From Alphaproteobacteria bacterium (GTDB lineage: Bacteria > Pseudomonadota > Alphaproteobacteria > UBA828): DNA of 64,000 bases. Shown here piece after piece: positions 32,699-43,857 of the stretch. The stretch covers positions 672,001-736,000 of the forward strand of contig CAXXMU010000006.1 in assembly GCA_963667785.2 (NCBI GenBank), given 5' to 3'. How positions within the stretch are numbered: position 1 is the stretch's first letter; the number at the start of each line of letters is the position of its first letter. The translations under genes and the position numbers were made by a program. The notes beneath the pieces are model-generated. The model ran no database searches, was not told the origin of the DNA, and saw only the letters and a list, made by a program, of their open reading frames with translations.

Positions 32699-34162
32699 TC
32701 AGCCGTCGAGCCTCGCCCGCAGCGCCTCGTTGACCGCGCGCGGGTTGGCCTTGCCGCCGGACGCCTTCATCACCTGGCCGACGAACCAGCCCGCGAGCTT
32801 CGTCTTGCCGCCGCGATAGTCGGCCACCTTGTCGGGGTTGTCGGCGATGACCTGCTCCACCAGCGCCTCGATCGCGCCGGCATCGCTCACCTGCCTGAGC
32901 CCCTTCTCCTCGATGATGGCGTCCACGTCCCCGCCGGTCGAGACCACGGTCTGGATCACGGTGCTGGCGCCCTGGTTGGAGACGGTGCCGTCCGCCATCC
33001 GGTCGATCAGCGCGGCCAGCGCGCCTGCTGGGACCGGACAGTCCTCGTTGTCGATCCCCGCCCGATTGAGCGCGCCGAACAGCGGGCCCATGATGAAGTT
33101 CGCGACGCGCTTGGCATCGCGCCCTTCCGCCACTTCATCGAAGAGGTCCGCGATCCCCCGCGCCGCCACCAGCACGCCGGCGTCGTAGGCAGACAGGCCG
33201 TGCTCTGCCGTGAAGCGCGCCTTGCGCACGTCCGGCAGCTCCGGCAGCCGAGCGCGCTCGGCGTCGACCCAGGCGGGATCGAGGGTGAGCGGCAGGAGGT
33301 CGGGATCGGGGAAGTAGCGGTAGTCGTGGGCCTCCTCCTTCGAGCGCATGGAGCGGGTGACGCCGCGGTCCGGATCGAAGAGTCGGGTCTCCAGCTCCAC
33401 CGCGCCGCCGTCCTCCAGCAGCTCGACCTGGCGCGCGGCCTCGACCTCGATCGCCTTCATCACGAAGCGGACGGAGTTGAGGTTCTTGACCTCGCAGCGG
33501 GTGCCCAGCGCCCCGCCCGGCCGGCGCACCGAAACGTTGACGTCGGCCCTGAGCGAGCCCTGCTCCATGTTGCCGTCGCAGGTGCCGATATAGCGGAGGA
33601 TTGAGCGCAGCTTGCGCAGGTAGAGGCCGGCTTCCTCCGGGCTCCTGATGTCGGGCTCGGAGACGATCTCCATCAGCGCGACGCCCGCGCGGTTGAGGTC
33701 GACGCAGGTGGCGTCGGCGCGGCGGTCGTGGATGCTCTTGCCGGCGTCCATCTCCAGATGCAGCCGGGTGATGCCGACGGTGCGCTGCGCGCCGTCCTCG
33801 AGGTCGAGCACGACCCGGCCCCGCCCCACGATGGGCCGGGAATACTGCGAAATCTGATAGCCGGGCGGCAGGTCGGGATAAAAGTAGTTCTTGCGGTCGA
33901 ATACCGAGGTCAGGTTGATCTCGGCCTCGAGCGCGAGCCCGGTCCGCACGGCCTGGGCCACGCAGTGGCGGTTGATGACCGGCAGCATGCCCGGCATCGC
34001 GGCATCGACGAGGGAGACCTGGCTGTTGGGCTCCGCGCCGAAGGCGGTGGGCGCGGACGAGAAGAGCTTGGCCTCCGAGATCACCTGGGCGTGGACCTCG
34101 AGGCCGACGGCGATCTCCCACTCGCCCTCGCGGCCTTGGATGCGGTAGCCGGGCGCGCTCAT
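32699..34162 (-). CDS. gatB: Asp/Glu-tRNA amidotransferase subunit B
   Basis: [27 protein letters not shown]. Confidence 0.98.
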   Translation of the reverse strand: MSAPGYRIQGREGEWEIAVGLEVHAQVISEAKLFSSAPTAFGAEPNSQVSLVDAAMPGMLPVINRHCVAQAVRTGLALEAEINLTSVFDRKNYFYPDLPPGYQISQYSRPIVGRGRVVLDLEDGAQRTVGITRLHLEMDAGKSIHDRRADATCVDLNRAGVALMEIVSEPDIRSPEEAGLYLRKLRSILRYIGTCDGNMEQGSLRADVNVSVRRPGGALGTRCEVKNLNSVRFVMKAIEVEAARQVELLEDGGAVELETRLFDPDRGVTRSMRSKEEAHDYRYFPDPDLLPLTLDPAWVDAERARLPELPDVRKARFTAEHGLSAYDAGVLVAARGIADLFDEVAEGRDAKRVANFIMGPLFGALNRAGIDNEDCPVPAGALAALIDRMADGTVSNQGASTVIQTVVSTGGDVDAIIEEKGLRQVSDAGAIEALVEQVIADNPDKVADYRGGKTKLAGWFVGQVMKASGGKANPRAVNEALRARLDG

Positions 34163-35646
34163 GCCGCCTCGGCTGCGCCCGGCGCGGGCGGGCGATGGCT
34201 GAAGGCGGCCGCGCTCTCCAGCACGCCTGCCGCGCGGAAGAGCGTCGGCTCGTCGAAGGGCCGGGCGATCAGGTGCAGGCCGAGCGGCAGCCCGTCCGCC
34301 GTGAGCCCGGCCGGCACCGAGATCGCGGGCAGGCCCGCGAGGCTCGCCGGCACCGTGAACACGTCGTTCAGATACATGGCGATGGGATCGTCCATCTTCT
34401 CGCCGATGGCGAAGGCGGCAAACGGCGCGGTCGGCGTCAGCACCGCGTCCACGCTCTCGAACGCGGCCTCGAAATCGCGCGCGATGAGGGTGCGTACCTT
34501 CTGCGCCTTCAGATAGTAGGCGTCGTAGTAGCCGGCGGACAGCACGTAGGTGCCGATCAGGATGCGCCGCCTGACCTCGCGTCCGAAGCCAGCCGCCCGG
34601 GTGCGGGCATACATCTCGGCCGGATCGTCGCCCTCCACCCGAAGCCCGTAGCGGACGCCGTCGTAGCGCGCGAGGTTGGAGGAGGCCTCCGCCGGCGCCA
34701 CGATGTAGTAGGTGGGCAGCGCGTATTTGGTCAGCGGGAGCGAGATGTCCACCACCGTCGCGCCGGCGTCCTGGAACCAGCGCACGCCGTCGGCCCAGAG
34801 CGCCTCGATCTCCGCCGGCATGCCCTCCATCCGGTACTCCGCCGGCACGCCGATGGTGAGGCCGCGCACGTCCCCCGTGAGACTCGCGGCGTAGTCCGGG
34901 ACCGGGCGGTCGATGGAGGTCGAATCCTTCGGATCGTGGCCCGCCATCGCCTGCAGCATGAGCGCCGCATCCCCGACGGTGCGGGTGAGCGGCCCGGCCT
35001 GGTCGAGCGACGAAGCGAAGGCGATCATGCCCCAGCGCGAGCAGCGGCCATAGGTGGGCTTCATGCCGACGATGCCGCAGAAGGCCGCCGGCTGGCGGAT
35101 CGAGCCGCCGGTGTCGGTGCCGGTGGCGCCGAGGCAGAGACGCGCGGCCACGGCGGCGGCCGAGCCGCCGGAGCTTCCGCCCGGCACCAGCGGCTTGGCC
35201 TCGCCCCGTCGGCGCCAGGGGTTGACCACGGGGCCGTCCGCGCTGGTCACGTTGGCGGAGCCCATGGCGAACTCGTCCATGTTGGTCTTGCCCAGCATCA
35301 GCGCGCCGGCGGACCAGAGATTGGCGGTGACGGTGGATTCGTAGGGCGGCGCGAAGCCATCGAGAATCTTCGAGCAGGCCTGGCTGCGCACGCCCTTCGT
35401 GCAGAAGAGGTCCTTGACCGCGAGCGGGATGCCTTCGAGCAGCCGCCCCTCGCCGGCGGCGAGGCGGGCATCGGCCGCGTCCGCGCCGGCACGCGCATGG
35501 TCGAAGGTCTCGGCGACGAAGGCGTTCAGCCCGCGCCCCGCCTCGACGGCGGCGATGTGCGCGTCCACCAGCTCGCGCGCGGAGAAGCTGCGGGCGGCGA
35601 GGCCGGCGCGGGCGTCCGCAATGGTAAGCGCGGTGAGCGCGCTCAT
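34159..35646 (-). CDS. gatA: Asp/Glu-tRNA amidotransferase subunit A
   Basis: [39 protein letters not shown]. Confidence 0.98.
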   Translation of the reverse strand: MSALTALTIADARAGLAARSFSARELVDAHIAAVEAGRGLNAFVAETFDHARAGADAADARLAAGEGRLLEGIPLAVKDLFCTKGVRSQACSKILDGFAPPYESTVTANLWSAGALMLGKTNMDEFAMGSANVTSADGPVVNPWRRRGEAKPLVPGGSSGGSAAAVAARLCLGATGTDTGGSIRQPAAFCGIVGMKPTYGRCSRWGMIAFASSLDQAGPLTRTVGDAALMLQAMAGHDPKDSTSIDRPVPDYAASLTGDVRGLTIGVPAEYRMEGMPAEIEALWADGVRWFQDAGATVVDISLPLTKYALPTYYIVAPAEASSNLARYDGVRYGLRVEGDDPAEMYARTRAAGFGREVRRRILIGTYVLSAGYYDAYYLKAQKVRTLIARDFEAAFESVDAVLTPTAPFAAFAIGEKMDDPIAMYLNDVFTVPASLAGLPAISVPAGLTADGLPLGLHLIARPFDEPTLFRAAGVLESAAAFSHRPPAPGAAEAA

Positions 35647-35930
35647 TCGACCACCTTGGGGACGACGAAGAATCCGTCGTCGACGTCCGGCGCGTTGGCG
35701 AGCAGATCGTCCGTGGATGCGCCGTCCTCGGCGCTGTCCTCGCGCTGCGGCAGCGCGGCGGCGATGGCGCCGGTCATCGGCTCGACGCCCCCGGTATCGA
35801 CCTCGTCGAGCTGCTCGACCCAGGAGAGGATTCCGTTCAGCTCGTCGGCCATGGGCGCGAGCGCGTCCTCCTCCATGGCGATGCGCGAGAGCCGGGCGAT
35901 CCTGAGCACGGTGTCCCTGTCGATGCTCAT
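35643..35930 (-). CDS. gatC: Asp/Glu-tRNA amidotransferase subunit C
   Basis: [17 protein letters not shown] ... FFVVPKVVE. Confidence 0.95.
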   Translation of the reverse strand: MSIDRDTVLRIARLSRIAMEEDALAPMADELNGILSWVEQLDEVDTGGVEPMTGAIAAALPQREDSAEDGASTDDLLANAPDVDDGFFVVPKVVE

Positions 35931-37063
35931 GGCCGGCCCCCCTCCTCCCAGGAGGCGAGCAGGTCGGGCGCCGCCATGTGGCGCACGGGCGGGCGCGGCG
36001 GCGGCGGCGCGCCGTTGATCCAGCCGGGAAAGAGGATCTCGTAGGCCGGCATGGGCTCCTCGTGCCGACGCAGCATCTGACGCGCCTTGATATGGGGATG
36101 CTCGGGCACGTCCTCCAGGCGGTGGACCGGCTCGTAGCAGCAATCCACCCCCTCCATCAGCCGGTTCATCTCGTCGAGGGTCCGCGCGCGCACGAAGGCG
36201 GAGACCTCGCCGATCAGCGCCTCCTGCGGCCGGGGCTCCCACTGGCGCTCGATCCACTCCGGCCGGCCGCAGGCGGTGCAGAAGTTGCCCCAGAACTTGG
36301 CCTCCAACGCGCCGAGGGTGACGAAGCGGCCGTCGCTCGTCTCGTAGATGTTGTAGAAGGCGGCGCCGCCGTTGGGGAACTGGGCCGCGCGCCTGGCGTC
36401 CCACTCCTCGTGGAGGAGCCCGTTCAGCGCCCACACCTGCCAGGGCAGCACGGTCTCCGCGATGCTGACGTCGATGGTGGCGCCCTTCCCCTCCGGGTTC
36501 CGGCTGCGGCCGAGCAGCCCGCCCATGATGCTGAGCGCGGCCTGCATGCCGGACGCGAAGTCGGCGGTGGGCGGGAAGGAGACCACCGGGCGCTCGGGCA
36601 CGCCGGAGCGCTCCAGCCCGCCCATCAGGCCCATGTAGTTGATGTCGTGACCGCCGCGCAGACGATAGGGCCCCTCGAGGCCCCAGCCGGAGAGCGAGCA
36701 GGAGACGATGCCGGGGTTCATCTCGTGCAGCGCGGCGTGGCCGAAGCCGAGGCGGTCGAGGACGCCGGGCCGGTAGGATTCGAGGAAGGCGTCCGAGCGC
36801 TCCACCAAGGCGCGGAAGTCGCGCTTTCCCGCCTCCGACTTGAGGTCGATCTCGACCACCGTCTTACCGCCGTTGACCATCCGGTACCAGACCGAGACGC
36901 CGGTTGCGTCCTTCGGCCCGACGCCCCGCATCGGCTCGCCGCCCGGCGGCTCGACCTTGATCACCTCTGCGCCGAGGTCGGCGAGGATCAGCGTCCCGTA
37001 GGGGCCGGGAATGTACTGGCTGAGATCGAGGACTCTCAGACCGGTGAGGAAGGGAATGGGCAC
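35927..37063 (-). CDS. CaiB/BaiF family III CoA-transferase
   Basis: [30 protein letters not shown]. Confidence 0.92.
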   Translation of the reverse strand: MPIPFLTGLRVLDLSQYIPGPYGTLILADLGAEVIKVEPPGGEPMRGVGPKDATGVSVWYRMVNGGKTVVEIDLKSEAGKRDFRALVERSDAFLESYRPGVLDRLGFGHAALHEMNPGIVSCSLSGWGLEGPYRLRGGHDINYMGLMGGLERSGVPERPVVSFPPTADFASGMQAALSIMGGLLGRSRNPEGKGATIDVSIAETVLPWQVWALNGLLHEEWDARRAAQFPNGGAAFYNIYETSDGRFVTLGALEAKFWGNFCTACGRPEWIERQWEPRPQEALIGEVSAFVRARTLDEMNRLMEGVDCCYEPVHRLEDVPEHPHIKARQMLRRHEEPMPAYEILFPGWINGAPPPPRPPVRHMAAPDLLASWEEGGRP

Positions 37064-37081
37064 CGCCGGCTGCGCTGCCGC

Positions 37082-39424
37082 TCAGTTCGCGTATTCGGGC
37101 ACGCGGGGCCGCTTGCCCGGGCCGCCGCGCCGGCCCGAGCCTTTGCCGCCCTTGCGGCCGGGCGCGTCCGGCGCCGGATAGCTGAAGCTGAGCTTGCCGT
37201 CCCGGAGCCCCACCTGCACGCGGCCGCCCTTCGCCAGCTTGCCGAACAGGAGCTCGTCGGCGAGCGGCTTCTTGATCTCCTCCTGGATCAGCCGCGCCAG
37301 CGGACGGGCGCCGTAGGTGGCGTCGTAGCCGTTCTTGGCGAGCCAGGTACGCGCTGCGGCGCTCAGCTCGATGGAGACGTTGCGGTCGGCGAGCTGCTCC
37401 TCGAGCTGGATGATGAACTTGTCCACCACGCGCGCGATTACCTCGGGCGAGAGCGCGGCGAAGCGGATCACGGCATCGAGGCGGTTGCGGAACTCCGGCG
37501 CGAACATGCGCTTGATCGCCTCCTCGTCGTCGCCCTCGCGCTCCGTCCGGGCGAAGCCGATCGGCGCCTTGGCGAGCTCGGCGGCGCCTGCGTTGGTGGT
37601 CATGATGAGGATGACGTTGCTGAAATCGACCGTCTTGCCGTTGTGATCGGTGAGCTTCCCGTAGTCCATGATCTGCAGCAGGATGTTGAAGAGGTCGGGA
37701 TGCGCCTTCTCGATCTCGTCCAGCAGCAGGACCATGTGCGGGTTCTGGTCGGCGGCGTCGGTGAGCAGCCCGCCCTGGTCGAAGCCGACATAGCCGGGCG
37801 GCGCGCCGATGAGGCGCGAGACCGAGTGCCGCTCCATGTACTCGCTCATGTCGAAGCGGACGAGCTCGACGCCCATCACGTGAGCGAGCTGGCGCGCCAC
37901 CTCGGTCTTGCCGACCCCGGTGGGGCCCGAGAAGAGGTAGCAGCCGACCGGTTTGCCCGGCTCGCGCAGGCCGGCGCGGGCCATCTTGATCGCGGTGGCG
38001 ACGGCGGCGATGGCATCGTCCTGGCCGAAGACGACGGTCCCGAGATCGCGCTCTAGGCTCTCCAGGATGGTCTTGTCGCCGCGGCTCACGTTCTTGGGCG
38101 GAATGCGGGCGATCTTCGCCACCACACCCTCGACGTCCTTCACGCCCACGGTCTTGCGCCGCTTCGATTCCGGCAAGAGGCGCTGCGAGGCACCGACCTC
38201 GTCGATCACGTCGATCGCCTTGTCGGGCAGCCTGCGGTCGTTGATGTAGCGGCTGGCGAGTTCGACGGCGGTGCGGATCGCTTCCGCCGTGTAGCGCACG
38301 CCGTGGTGCGCCTCGTAGTAGGGCTTGAGGCCGCGCAGGATCTTGACCGCCTCGTCGACGCTCGGCTCGTTCACGTCGATCTTCTGGAAGCGCCGCACCA
38401 GCGCGCGGTCCTTCTCGAAGTAGTTGCGGTATTCCTTGTAGGTGGTGGACCCGATGCAGCGCAGCGTGCCGCTCTGCAGCGCGGGCTTGAGCAGGTTGGA
38501 CGCATCCATCGCGCCGCCGCTGGTGGCGCCGGCGCCGATGACGGTGTGGATCTCGTCGATGAAGAGGATGGCGCCCTCGCAGGCCTCGATCTCGGCGAGC
38601 ACGGCCTTGATCCGCTCCTCGAAGTCGCCGCGGTAGCGGGTGCCGGCGAGCAGCGCGCCCATGTCCAGCGCGAAGATCACCGCGCCATCCAGCACCTCGG
38701 GCACCTCGCCGTCCTCGATGCGCCGCGCCAGCCCCTCGGCCAGCGCCGTCTTGCCGACGCCGGCATCGCCGACGTAGAGGGGGTTGTTCTTGGTGCGGCG
38801 GCAAAGCACCTGGATGGTGCGCTCGACCTCGGCGTCGCGGCCGATGAGCGGGTCGATCCGCCCCGCCTTGGCCTTGGCGTTCAGGTTGACGCAGTAGGCC
38901 TCCAGCGCCGCCGCGCCCTCCTTGACGACGCTCTCGTCGCTGGCGTCCTCGTCGGCGCCGGAGACCGCGCCTCCCGGCCCCGCGTGGCCGGGCACCTTGG
39001 CGATCCGGTGCGAGATGTAGTTGACCGCGTCGTAGCGCGTCATGTCCTGCTCCTGCAGGAAGTAGACCGCGTGGCTCTCGCGCTCGGAGAAGATCGCCAC
39101 CAGGATGTTGGCGCCGGTCACCTCGGACCGGCCGGACGACTGCACGTGCAGGACGGCGCGCTGCACCACCCGCTGGAAGCCGGTGGTGGGCTTGGCCTCG
39201 ACCGGCTCCTCGGTGGCCAGGCCCTCCAGCTCCTCGTCGATGAAGCTCTCGAGCTCGCGCTCGAGCCTCTCCAGATCGACGCCGCAGGCCTTGAGCACCG
39301 CGATCGCGTCGGGATCCTCCAGCAGCGCCAGCAGCAGGTGCTCGAGCGTCGCGAACTCGTGCCGCCGCTCGACCGCCAGCGCCAGCGCCCGGTGCAGGCT
39401 CTTCTCGAGATCACGCGACAGCAT
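37082..39424 (-). CDS. clpA: ATP-dependent Clp protease ATP-binding subunit ClpA
   Basis: Two Walker A motifs ([16 protein letters not shown]); downstream of clpS. Confidence 0.97.
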   Translation of the reverse strand: MLSRDLEKSLHRALALAVERRHEFATLEHLLLALLEDPDAIAVLKACGVDLERLERELESFIDEELEGLATEEPVEAKPTTGFQRVVQRAVLHVQSSGRSEVTGANILVAIFSERESHAVYFLQEQDMTRYDAVNYISHRIAKVPGHAGPGGAVSGADEDASDESVVKEGAAALEAYCVNLNAKAKAGRIDPLIGRDAEVERTIQVLCRRTKNNPLYVGDAGVGKTALAEGLARRIEDGEVPEVLDGAVIFALDMGALLAGTRYRGDFEERIKAVLAEIEACEGAILFIDEIHTVIGAGATSGGAMDASNLLKPALQSGTLRCIGSTTYKEYRNYFEKDRALVRRFQKIDVNEPSVDEAVKILRGLKPYYEAHHGVRYTAEAIRTAVELASRYINDRRLPDKAIDVIDEVGASQRLLPESKRRKTVGVKDVEGVVAKIARIPPKNVSRGDKTILESLERDLGTVVFGQDDAIAAVATAIKMARAGLREPGKPVGCYLFSGPTGVGKTEVARQLAHVMGVELVRFDMSEYMERHSVSRLIGAPPGYVGFDQGGLLTDAADQNPHMVLLLDEIEKAHPDLFNILLQIMDYGKLTDHNGKTVDFSNVILIMTTNAGAAELAKAPIGFARTEREGDDEEAIKRMFAPEFRNRLDAVIRFAALSPEVIARVVDKFIIQLEEQLADRNVSIELSAAARTWLAKNGYDATYGARPLARLIQEEIKKPLADELLFGKLAKGGRVQVGLRDGKLSFSYPAPDAPGRKGGKGSGRRGGPGKRPRVPEYAN

Positions 39425-39431
39425 GCGTCCG

Positions 39432-39758
39432 CTACTCCTTCTCCATCGTGCACTGCAGCGGGTGCTCGTTGCGGCGGGAGAAGTCGGAGACCTGTTTCAC
39501 CTTGGTCTCGGCGACCTCGTAGGAATAGACGCCGCAGACTCCCACGCCGCGCCGGTGGACGTGAAGCATGATCGTGGTCGCACGCTGCTCGTCCATCCCG
39601 AAGAACCGCATCAGCACCACGACAACGAACTCCATCGGCGTGTAGTCGTCATTGAGCAGCAGGACCTTGTACATCGACGGCTTCTTGGTCTCGGCGCGCG
39701 ACTTGGTGATGACCTGGGAATCGTCGCCGGGCCGACCGGATGTCCGCTGATCCGACAT
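39432..39758 (-). CDS. clpS: Clp protease adaptor ClpS
   Basis: [24 protein letters not shown]; start reset to 39758. Confidence 0.96.
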   Translation of the reverse strand: MSDQRTSGRPGDDSQVITKSRAETKKPSMYKVLLLNDDYTPMEFVVVVLMRFFGMDEQRATTIMLHVHRRGVGVCGVYSYEVAETKVKQVSDFSRRNEHPLQCTMEKE

Positions 39759-40018
39759 TTCGCACCACGCACCACATACCGCGTTCGCCGTGCGCGCGAC
39801 ACGCCGCGTTCGCCGCGCGCACCTGCCCAAATTATAGCATCGAGGGCCGGGCGCAACGCCCCGCCGGGCTGGAGCGTGTCCGCTCTACACGGAAACGCTC
39901 CAGCCTCTTTGTCGCTCACGGCAGCCGGCTGTCCAGCGATTCCGCGCGCCTGCCGGCGCGACGGCCGGCGCCTGCGCGGGCGCGCCGCATAAGCGGCGGG
40001 CCGCGGTCGCGGCCTGTC

Positions 40019-40043
40019 GCGTATCCGTCAAAGACGGATACGC
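40019..40043. terminator. Perfect 11-bp hairpin abutting the ndk stop codon
   Basis: gcgtatccgtc-aaa-gacggatacgc. Confidence 0.55.
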
Positions 40044-40044
40044 T

Positions 40045-40467
40045 CTACCCCACGATGTCGGTCTCGGCGAAGAAGAAGGCGATCTCGATGGCCGCGTTCT
40101 CGGGCGAATCCGAGCCGTGCACGGAGTTGGCCTCGACCGTCTCGCCGAACGAGGCGCGGATGGTGCCGGAGTCGGCGTTGGCCGGGTTGGTGGCGCCCAT
40201 GATCGTGCGATTGGCCTCCACCGCGTTCTCGCCTTCGAGCACCTGAACCACCACCGGGCCCGAGGTCATGAAGGCGCAGAGATCGTCGTAGAAGGCGCGC
40301 TCCCTGTGCACCGCGTAGAAGGCGCGGGCCTGGGCCTCCGTCAGCCTGATCCGGCGCTGGGCGACGATGGCGAGCCCCGCCTCCTCGAAGCGCTGGTTGA
40401 TGGCGCCCGTCAGGTTGCGGCGCGTGGCATCCGGCTTGATGATCGAAAGGGTGCGCTCGATCGCCAT
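40045..40467 (-). CDS. ndk: Nucleoside diphosphate kinase
   Basis: [19 protein letters not shown]. Confidence 0.97.
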   Translation of the reverse strand: MAIERTLSIIKPDATRRNLTGAINQRFEEAGLAIVAQRRIRLTEAQARAFYAVHRERAFYDDLCAFMTSGPVVVQVLEGENAVEANRTIMGATNPANADSGTIRASFGETVEANSVHGSDSPENAAIEIAFFFAETDIVG

Positions 40468-40540
40468 GGGCTCTCCCCCGAGAGATGTGCGGCTGGCCCT
40501 TATAGAGACTAGCCCTGCGGCCGGCAACGGCGCCGTGGCG

Positions 40541-40999
40541 CTATCGGCGCGCCGCGAAGAACGCGCGGAGCAGCGTGGCGGCGCGGCTCTCGCGGACGCC
40601 GCCGATCACCTCGGGCCGGTGATGGCAGGTGGGCTGCTCGAAGATGCGGGCGCCGTGCTCGACCCCGCCGCCCTTGGGATCGGGCGCGCCGAAATAGAGC
40701 CGGCGCAGACGGGCGAAGGCGATCGCCTGCGCGCACATGGCGCAGGGCTCCAGCGTGACGTAGATGTCGCAGTCCGGGAGCCTCGCCGAGTCGCGCGCCG
40801 CCGCGGCGGCACGGATGGCCAGCATCTCGGCATGCGCCGTCGGGTCTCTGGCGGCCTCCGTGCGGTTGCCGGCCCGCGCCAGCACGTCGCCGCTCCGCCC
40901 GTCGACCACGACCGCACCCACCGGCACCTCGCCGCGCGCCGCCGCCGCCTCGGCTTCGGCAAGCGCGAGGTCCATCGGCGATGGTGGCTCCTTCCCCAT
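40541..40999 (-). CDS. tadA: tRNA adenosine deaminase
   Basis: [29 protein letters not shown]. Confidence 0.88.
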   Translation of the reverse strand: MGKEPPSPMDLALAEAEAAAARGEVPVGAVVVDGRSGDVLARAGNRTEAARDPTAHAEMLAIRAAAAARDSARLPDCDIYVTLEPCAMCAQAIAFARLRRLYFGAPDPKGGGVEHGARIFEQPTCHHRPEVIGGVRESRAATLLRAFFAARR

Positions 41000-41120
41000 T
41001 GCCGCAGGGTCCGGCTACCCCTGCGGGGGGTCAAGGCCTGACGTGACGAGTCGCGGCGGGACTCGTCTGCCGGCGCGAGCGTCGGTTGCGACGGTTCCGG
41101 GGCGCTCCTAGACTCCGCCG

Positions 41121-41834
41121 ATGGTCCGGCCCGTCATCGGCCTCACCCTCGATTCGGAGCCGCCCGGCGGCTACTCCGGCGAGCCCTGGTACGCGATCCG
41201 CGAGAACTACTGCACGGCCATCGCGGCGGCCGGCGGGGTTCCCGTGGCCCTGCCGCACGAGCCGGACCTCGCCGCGCGCTACCTGGAGACGGTGGACGGC
41301 CTCGTCATCACCGGCGGCGCCTTCGACGTGGACCCGGCGCTCTTCGGCGCCGCGACCCGGCACAAGACGGTCACCACCAAGGACCGGCGGACCGCCTTCG
41401 AGCTCGCGATCACCCGGGCTGCCCACGACTCATCGGTGCCCTCGCTCGGCATCTGCGGCGGCCAGCAGCTGATGAACGTGGCGCTCGGCGGCACCCTGAT
41501 CCAGCACATCCCCGACGCGGTGCCGGACGCGCTCGCGCACGAGCAGCCCAACCCCCGCACGGAGCCGGGGCATGCGGTCTCGCTCGAGGCCGAGAGCCGG
41601 CTCGGGACCATCGTCGGCAGCGGCACCATGGCGGTGAACAGCGCCCACCACCAGGCGGTCGCAGAGGCGGCGCCCGGCCTCGTCGTCAACGCCCGCGCGC
41701 CCGACGGCGTGATCGAGGGCATCGAGGACCCGGCGCACCGCTGGTTCATCGGCGTGCAGTGGCACCCGGAGTACGCCATCGACCCCGGCGATGCGCGCAT
41801 CTTCCGCTCGCTGATCGAGGCCTGCGGTCGTTAG
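41121..41834 (+). CDS. Gamma-glutamyl-GABA hydrolase family (peptidase C26)
   Basis: LGICGGQQLMNVALGG, VNSAHHQ, GVQWHPE. Confidence 0.92.
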   Translation: MVRPVIGLTLDSEPPGGYSGEPWYAIRENYCTAIAAAGGVPVALPHEPDLAARYLETVDGLVITGGAFDVDPALFGAATRHKTVTTKDRRTAFELAITRAAHDSSVPSLGICGGQQLMNVALGGTLIQHIPDAVPDALAHEQPNPRTEPGHAVSLEAESRLGTIVGSGTMAVNSAHHQAVAEAAPGLVVNARAPDGVIEGIEDPAHRWFIGVQWHPEYAIDPGDARIFRSLIEACGR

Positions 41835-41885
41835 CCTCCTGCCACGCCGCCTGCGCGATGCGCGGCCGGGCGGCGGGGGCGCAAA

Positions 41886-42147
41886 GTGACACAACCCCCC
41901 CGTTTTCTATGCGGGATGTCCCGGGACAAAGCGGCACAAGCGGCACTCTATGCGGCACAGCCGGGGGTCGAACGGCGGCGGTGACGGAGTGCGCGCGGTA
42001 GACCCGGACGCGGGGCGCGAAAGTGGGATTCGGCAGTGCCCCCCTTTGCCGGGATTCGCCGGGATCGCAAGGGATTCAACGCGGGACATTTTCCGAAGAA
42101 GGTGGGATTCCGCTGGGATATCGGGGCAGTTTTCCGGGATGAATCCC
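41886..42147. repeat. Helically phased GGGAY/GGCAC short-repeat array
   Basis: GGGA(T/C) at 41913, 41923, 42025, 42051, 42061, 42071, 42083, 42104, 42115, 42136; GGCAC at 41933, 41942, 41954. Confidence 0.6.
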
Positions 42148-42400
42148 ACGACCGCGAGGTGGCGCCGGGCGTCTTTCCCGCTCCTCCCGCCTGCCGTCGC
42201 TGGTTCTTCCGTCCCATGGCGCGAGCATGTCACCGGCACCGCGCGGCGTGCACCGCACCATGGTGCGGGGAGTCGCGCATGCCCGCAGGGTCGTGCGCGC
42301 GGAAGGAGGGTCCGCTCGCGCCCGGCGGAGGCGGCACGCCGCTGGCCCGGCCCGGCGCGATCCACGCTAGGATGAGCCCCTCTTCGACCGGAGGGGAAGC

Positions 42401-43642
42401 GTGACGGGCATGGCGGCGGCTGACTCGGGAGAGCGGATCGAGAGCGACGTCGTCGTCATCGGCGGCGGCCTCGTCGGGCTCACGCTCGGCACCGCCCTTG
42501 CCGGCGCAGGGATCGAGACGGTCGTGGTGGACGGCGCGGCGCCTGCGGCGGTGAAGGACGCCGCGTTCGACGGCAGGGTCTCGTCGATCGCGCTCGGCTC
42601 GAAGCGCGTGCTCGACGCCATCGGCCTGTGGCCGGCGTTGGCGAAGGAAGCCCAGCCGATCCTCGAGATCCGCGTCTCCGACGGCGACGCGCCTCTCTTC
42701 CTGCACTACGACCACAAGGACGTGGGCGCCGGCCCGCTCGGCTTCATCGTCGAGAACCGCGCCATCCGCGCCGGCCTGATCGCGCGCGCCGGAGCACTCC
42801 CCCCGCTCCGCCATCTCGCGCCCGCCTCGGTGGAGGCGCTGGAGCCCGCGCCGGGCGCGACCCTGGCCCGGCTCGCGGACGGCAGGACCGTGCGTGCGCG
42901 CCTCGCCGTCGCCGCCGACGGCGCCCGCTCCCGGCTGCGGGAGGCCGCCGGAATCGAGACCGTGCGCTGGTCCTACGAGCAGACGGGAATCGTCTGCACC
43001 GTGGCGCACGAGCGGGCGCACCGGGGCATCGCGCACGAGCGCTTCCTGCCGGCCGGGCCCTTCGCCATTCTGCCCATGACCGGCGACCGCTCCTCCCTGG
43101 TGTGGACCGAGCGCGCATCCCTGGCGCCCGCCCTGCTGGAGGCGCCGCCGGCCGTCTTCGCGCGCGAGCTGGCCCGGCGCTTCGGCGACTTCCTCGGCGC
43201 GCTGGAGCCGGTCGGCCCGCGCTGGAGCTACCCCCTCGCGCTCACCCACGCGAAGCGCTACGTCGCGCCCAGGCTCGCGCTCGCGGGCGATGCGGCGCAC
43301 GCCATCCATCCGCTCGCCGGCCAAGGCTTCAACCTCGGCATCCGCGACGCGGCGGTGCTGGCCGAGCTGGTGGTCGACCGCGCGCGCCTCGGCCTCGACA
43401 TCGGCGGGAGCGACGTGCTTACCCGCTATCAGCGCCGGCGGCGCTTCGATTCCGTGGTGCTGATCGCGGTGACCGACGGGCTGAACCGGCTGTTCTCGAA
43501 CGAGAGCCAGGGCCTGCGCCTGATCCGCGACGCAGGGCTGGCGGCGGTCAACGAGCTGCCGCCGGTCAAGCGCTTCTTCATGCGCCATGCCATGGGGCTG
43601 GCCGGCGACCTGCCGCGCCTCGCCCGCGGCGAGCCGCTTTAG
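42401..43642 (+). CDS. UbiH/UbiL-family FAD-dependent ubiquinone biosynthesis hydroxylase
   Basis: VVIGGGLVG, AADGARS, ERFLPAGPFAILP, GDAAHAIHPLAGQGFNLG. Confidence 0.92.
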   Translation: MTGMAAADSGERIESDVVVIGGGLVGLTLGTALAGAGIETVVVDGAAPAAVKDAAFDGRVSSIALGSKRVLDAIGLWPALAKEAQPILEIRVSDGDAPLFLHYDHKDVGAGPLGFIVENRAIRAGLIARAGALPPLRHLAPASVEALEPAPGATLARLADGRTVRARLAVAADGARSRLREAAGIETVRWSYEQTGIVCTVAHERAHRGIAHERFLPAGPFAILPMTGDRSSLVWTERASLAPALLEAPPAVFARELARRFGDFLGALEPVGPRWSYPLALTHAKRYVAPRLALAGDAAHAIHPLAGQGFNLGIRDAAVLAELVVDRARLGLDIGGSDVLTRYQRRRRFDSVVLIAVTDGLNRLFSNESQGLRLIRDAGLAAVNELPPVKRFFMRHAMGLAGDLPRLARGEPL

Positions 43643-43674
43643 AGCACGATCCGACTGGACGGGATCGTGCTCAA
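43640..43674. repeat. TAG-anchored palindrome
   Basis: TA-gagcacgatcc-N9-ggatcgtgctc-AA, starting in the stop codon of the hydroxylase gene. Confidence 0.6.
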
Positions 43675-43717
43675 CGGCCGCACGCACTCATTTCCTTACG
43701 CAGCGCGTGCCGGAAAC

Positions 43718-43825
43718 CCCACCTCTCCCCGGCCCTCTCCTCCCCGGCGGGGAGGAGAGGGAGAGAAGCGTGGCGCCGCTTTCGTTCCCCCTCCTCCTGG
43801 GAGGAGGGGGATAGGGGGAGGTGGG
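43718..43825. repeat. CCCTCTCC/GGAGAGGG-type palindromic intergenic element
   Basis: cccacctctcccc ... gggggaggtggg outer arms with nested hairpins ccctctcctcccc/ggggaggagaggg and cccctcctcc/ggaggagggg. Confidence 0.7.
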
Positions 43826-43857
43826 AGTCGTTCGGCCTGCCGTGAGCGACAAAGAGT

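Noticed and set aside
29754-32819. 1021-aa ORF and many other long Arg/Ala/Gly-rich ORFs (e.g. 16269-18524, 58256-60871, 35978-38056)
   Set aside because: Off-frame or antisense shadows of well-supported genes, expected in very high-GC DNA; no recognisable motifs
41835-42400. Intergenic region as CRISPR array, oriC or protein-coding gene
   Set aside because: Repeats are only 5-8 bp with no repeat-spacer structure and no cas genes; no TTATCCACA boxes or AT-rich unwinding element; the overlapping ORFs lack motifs
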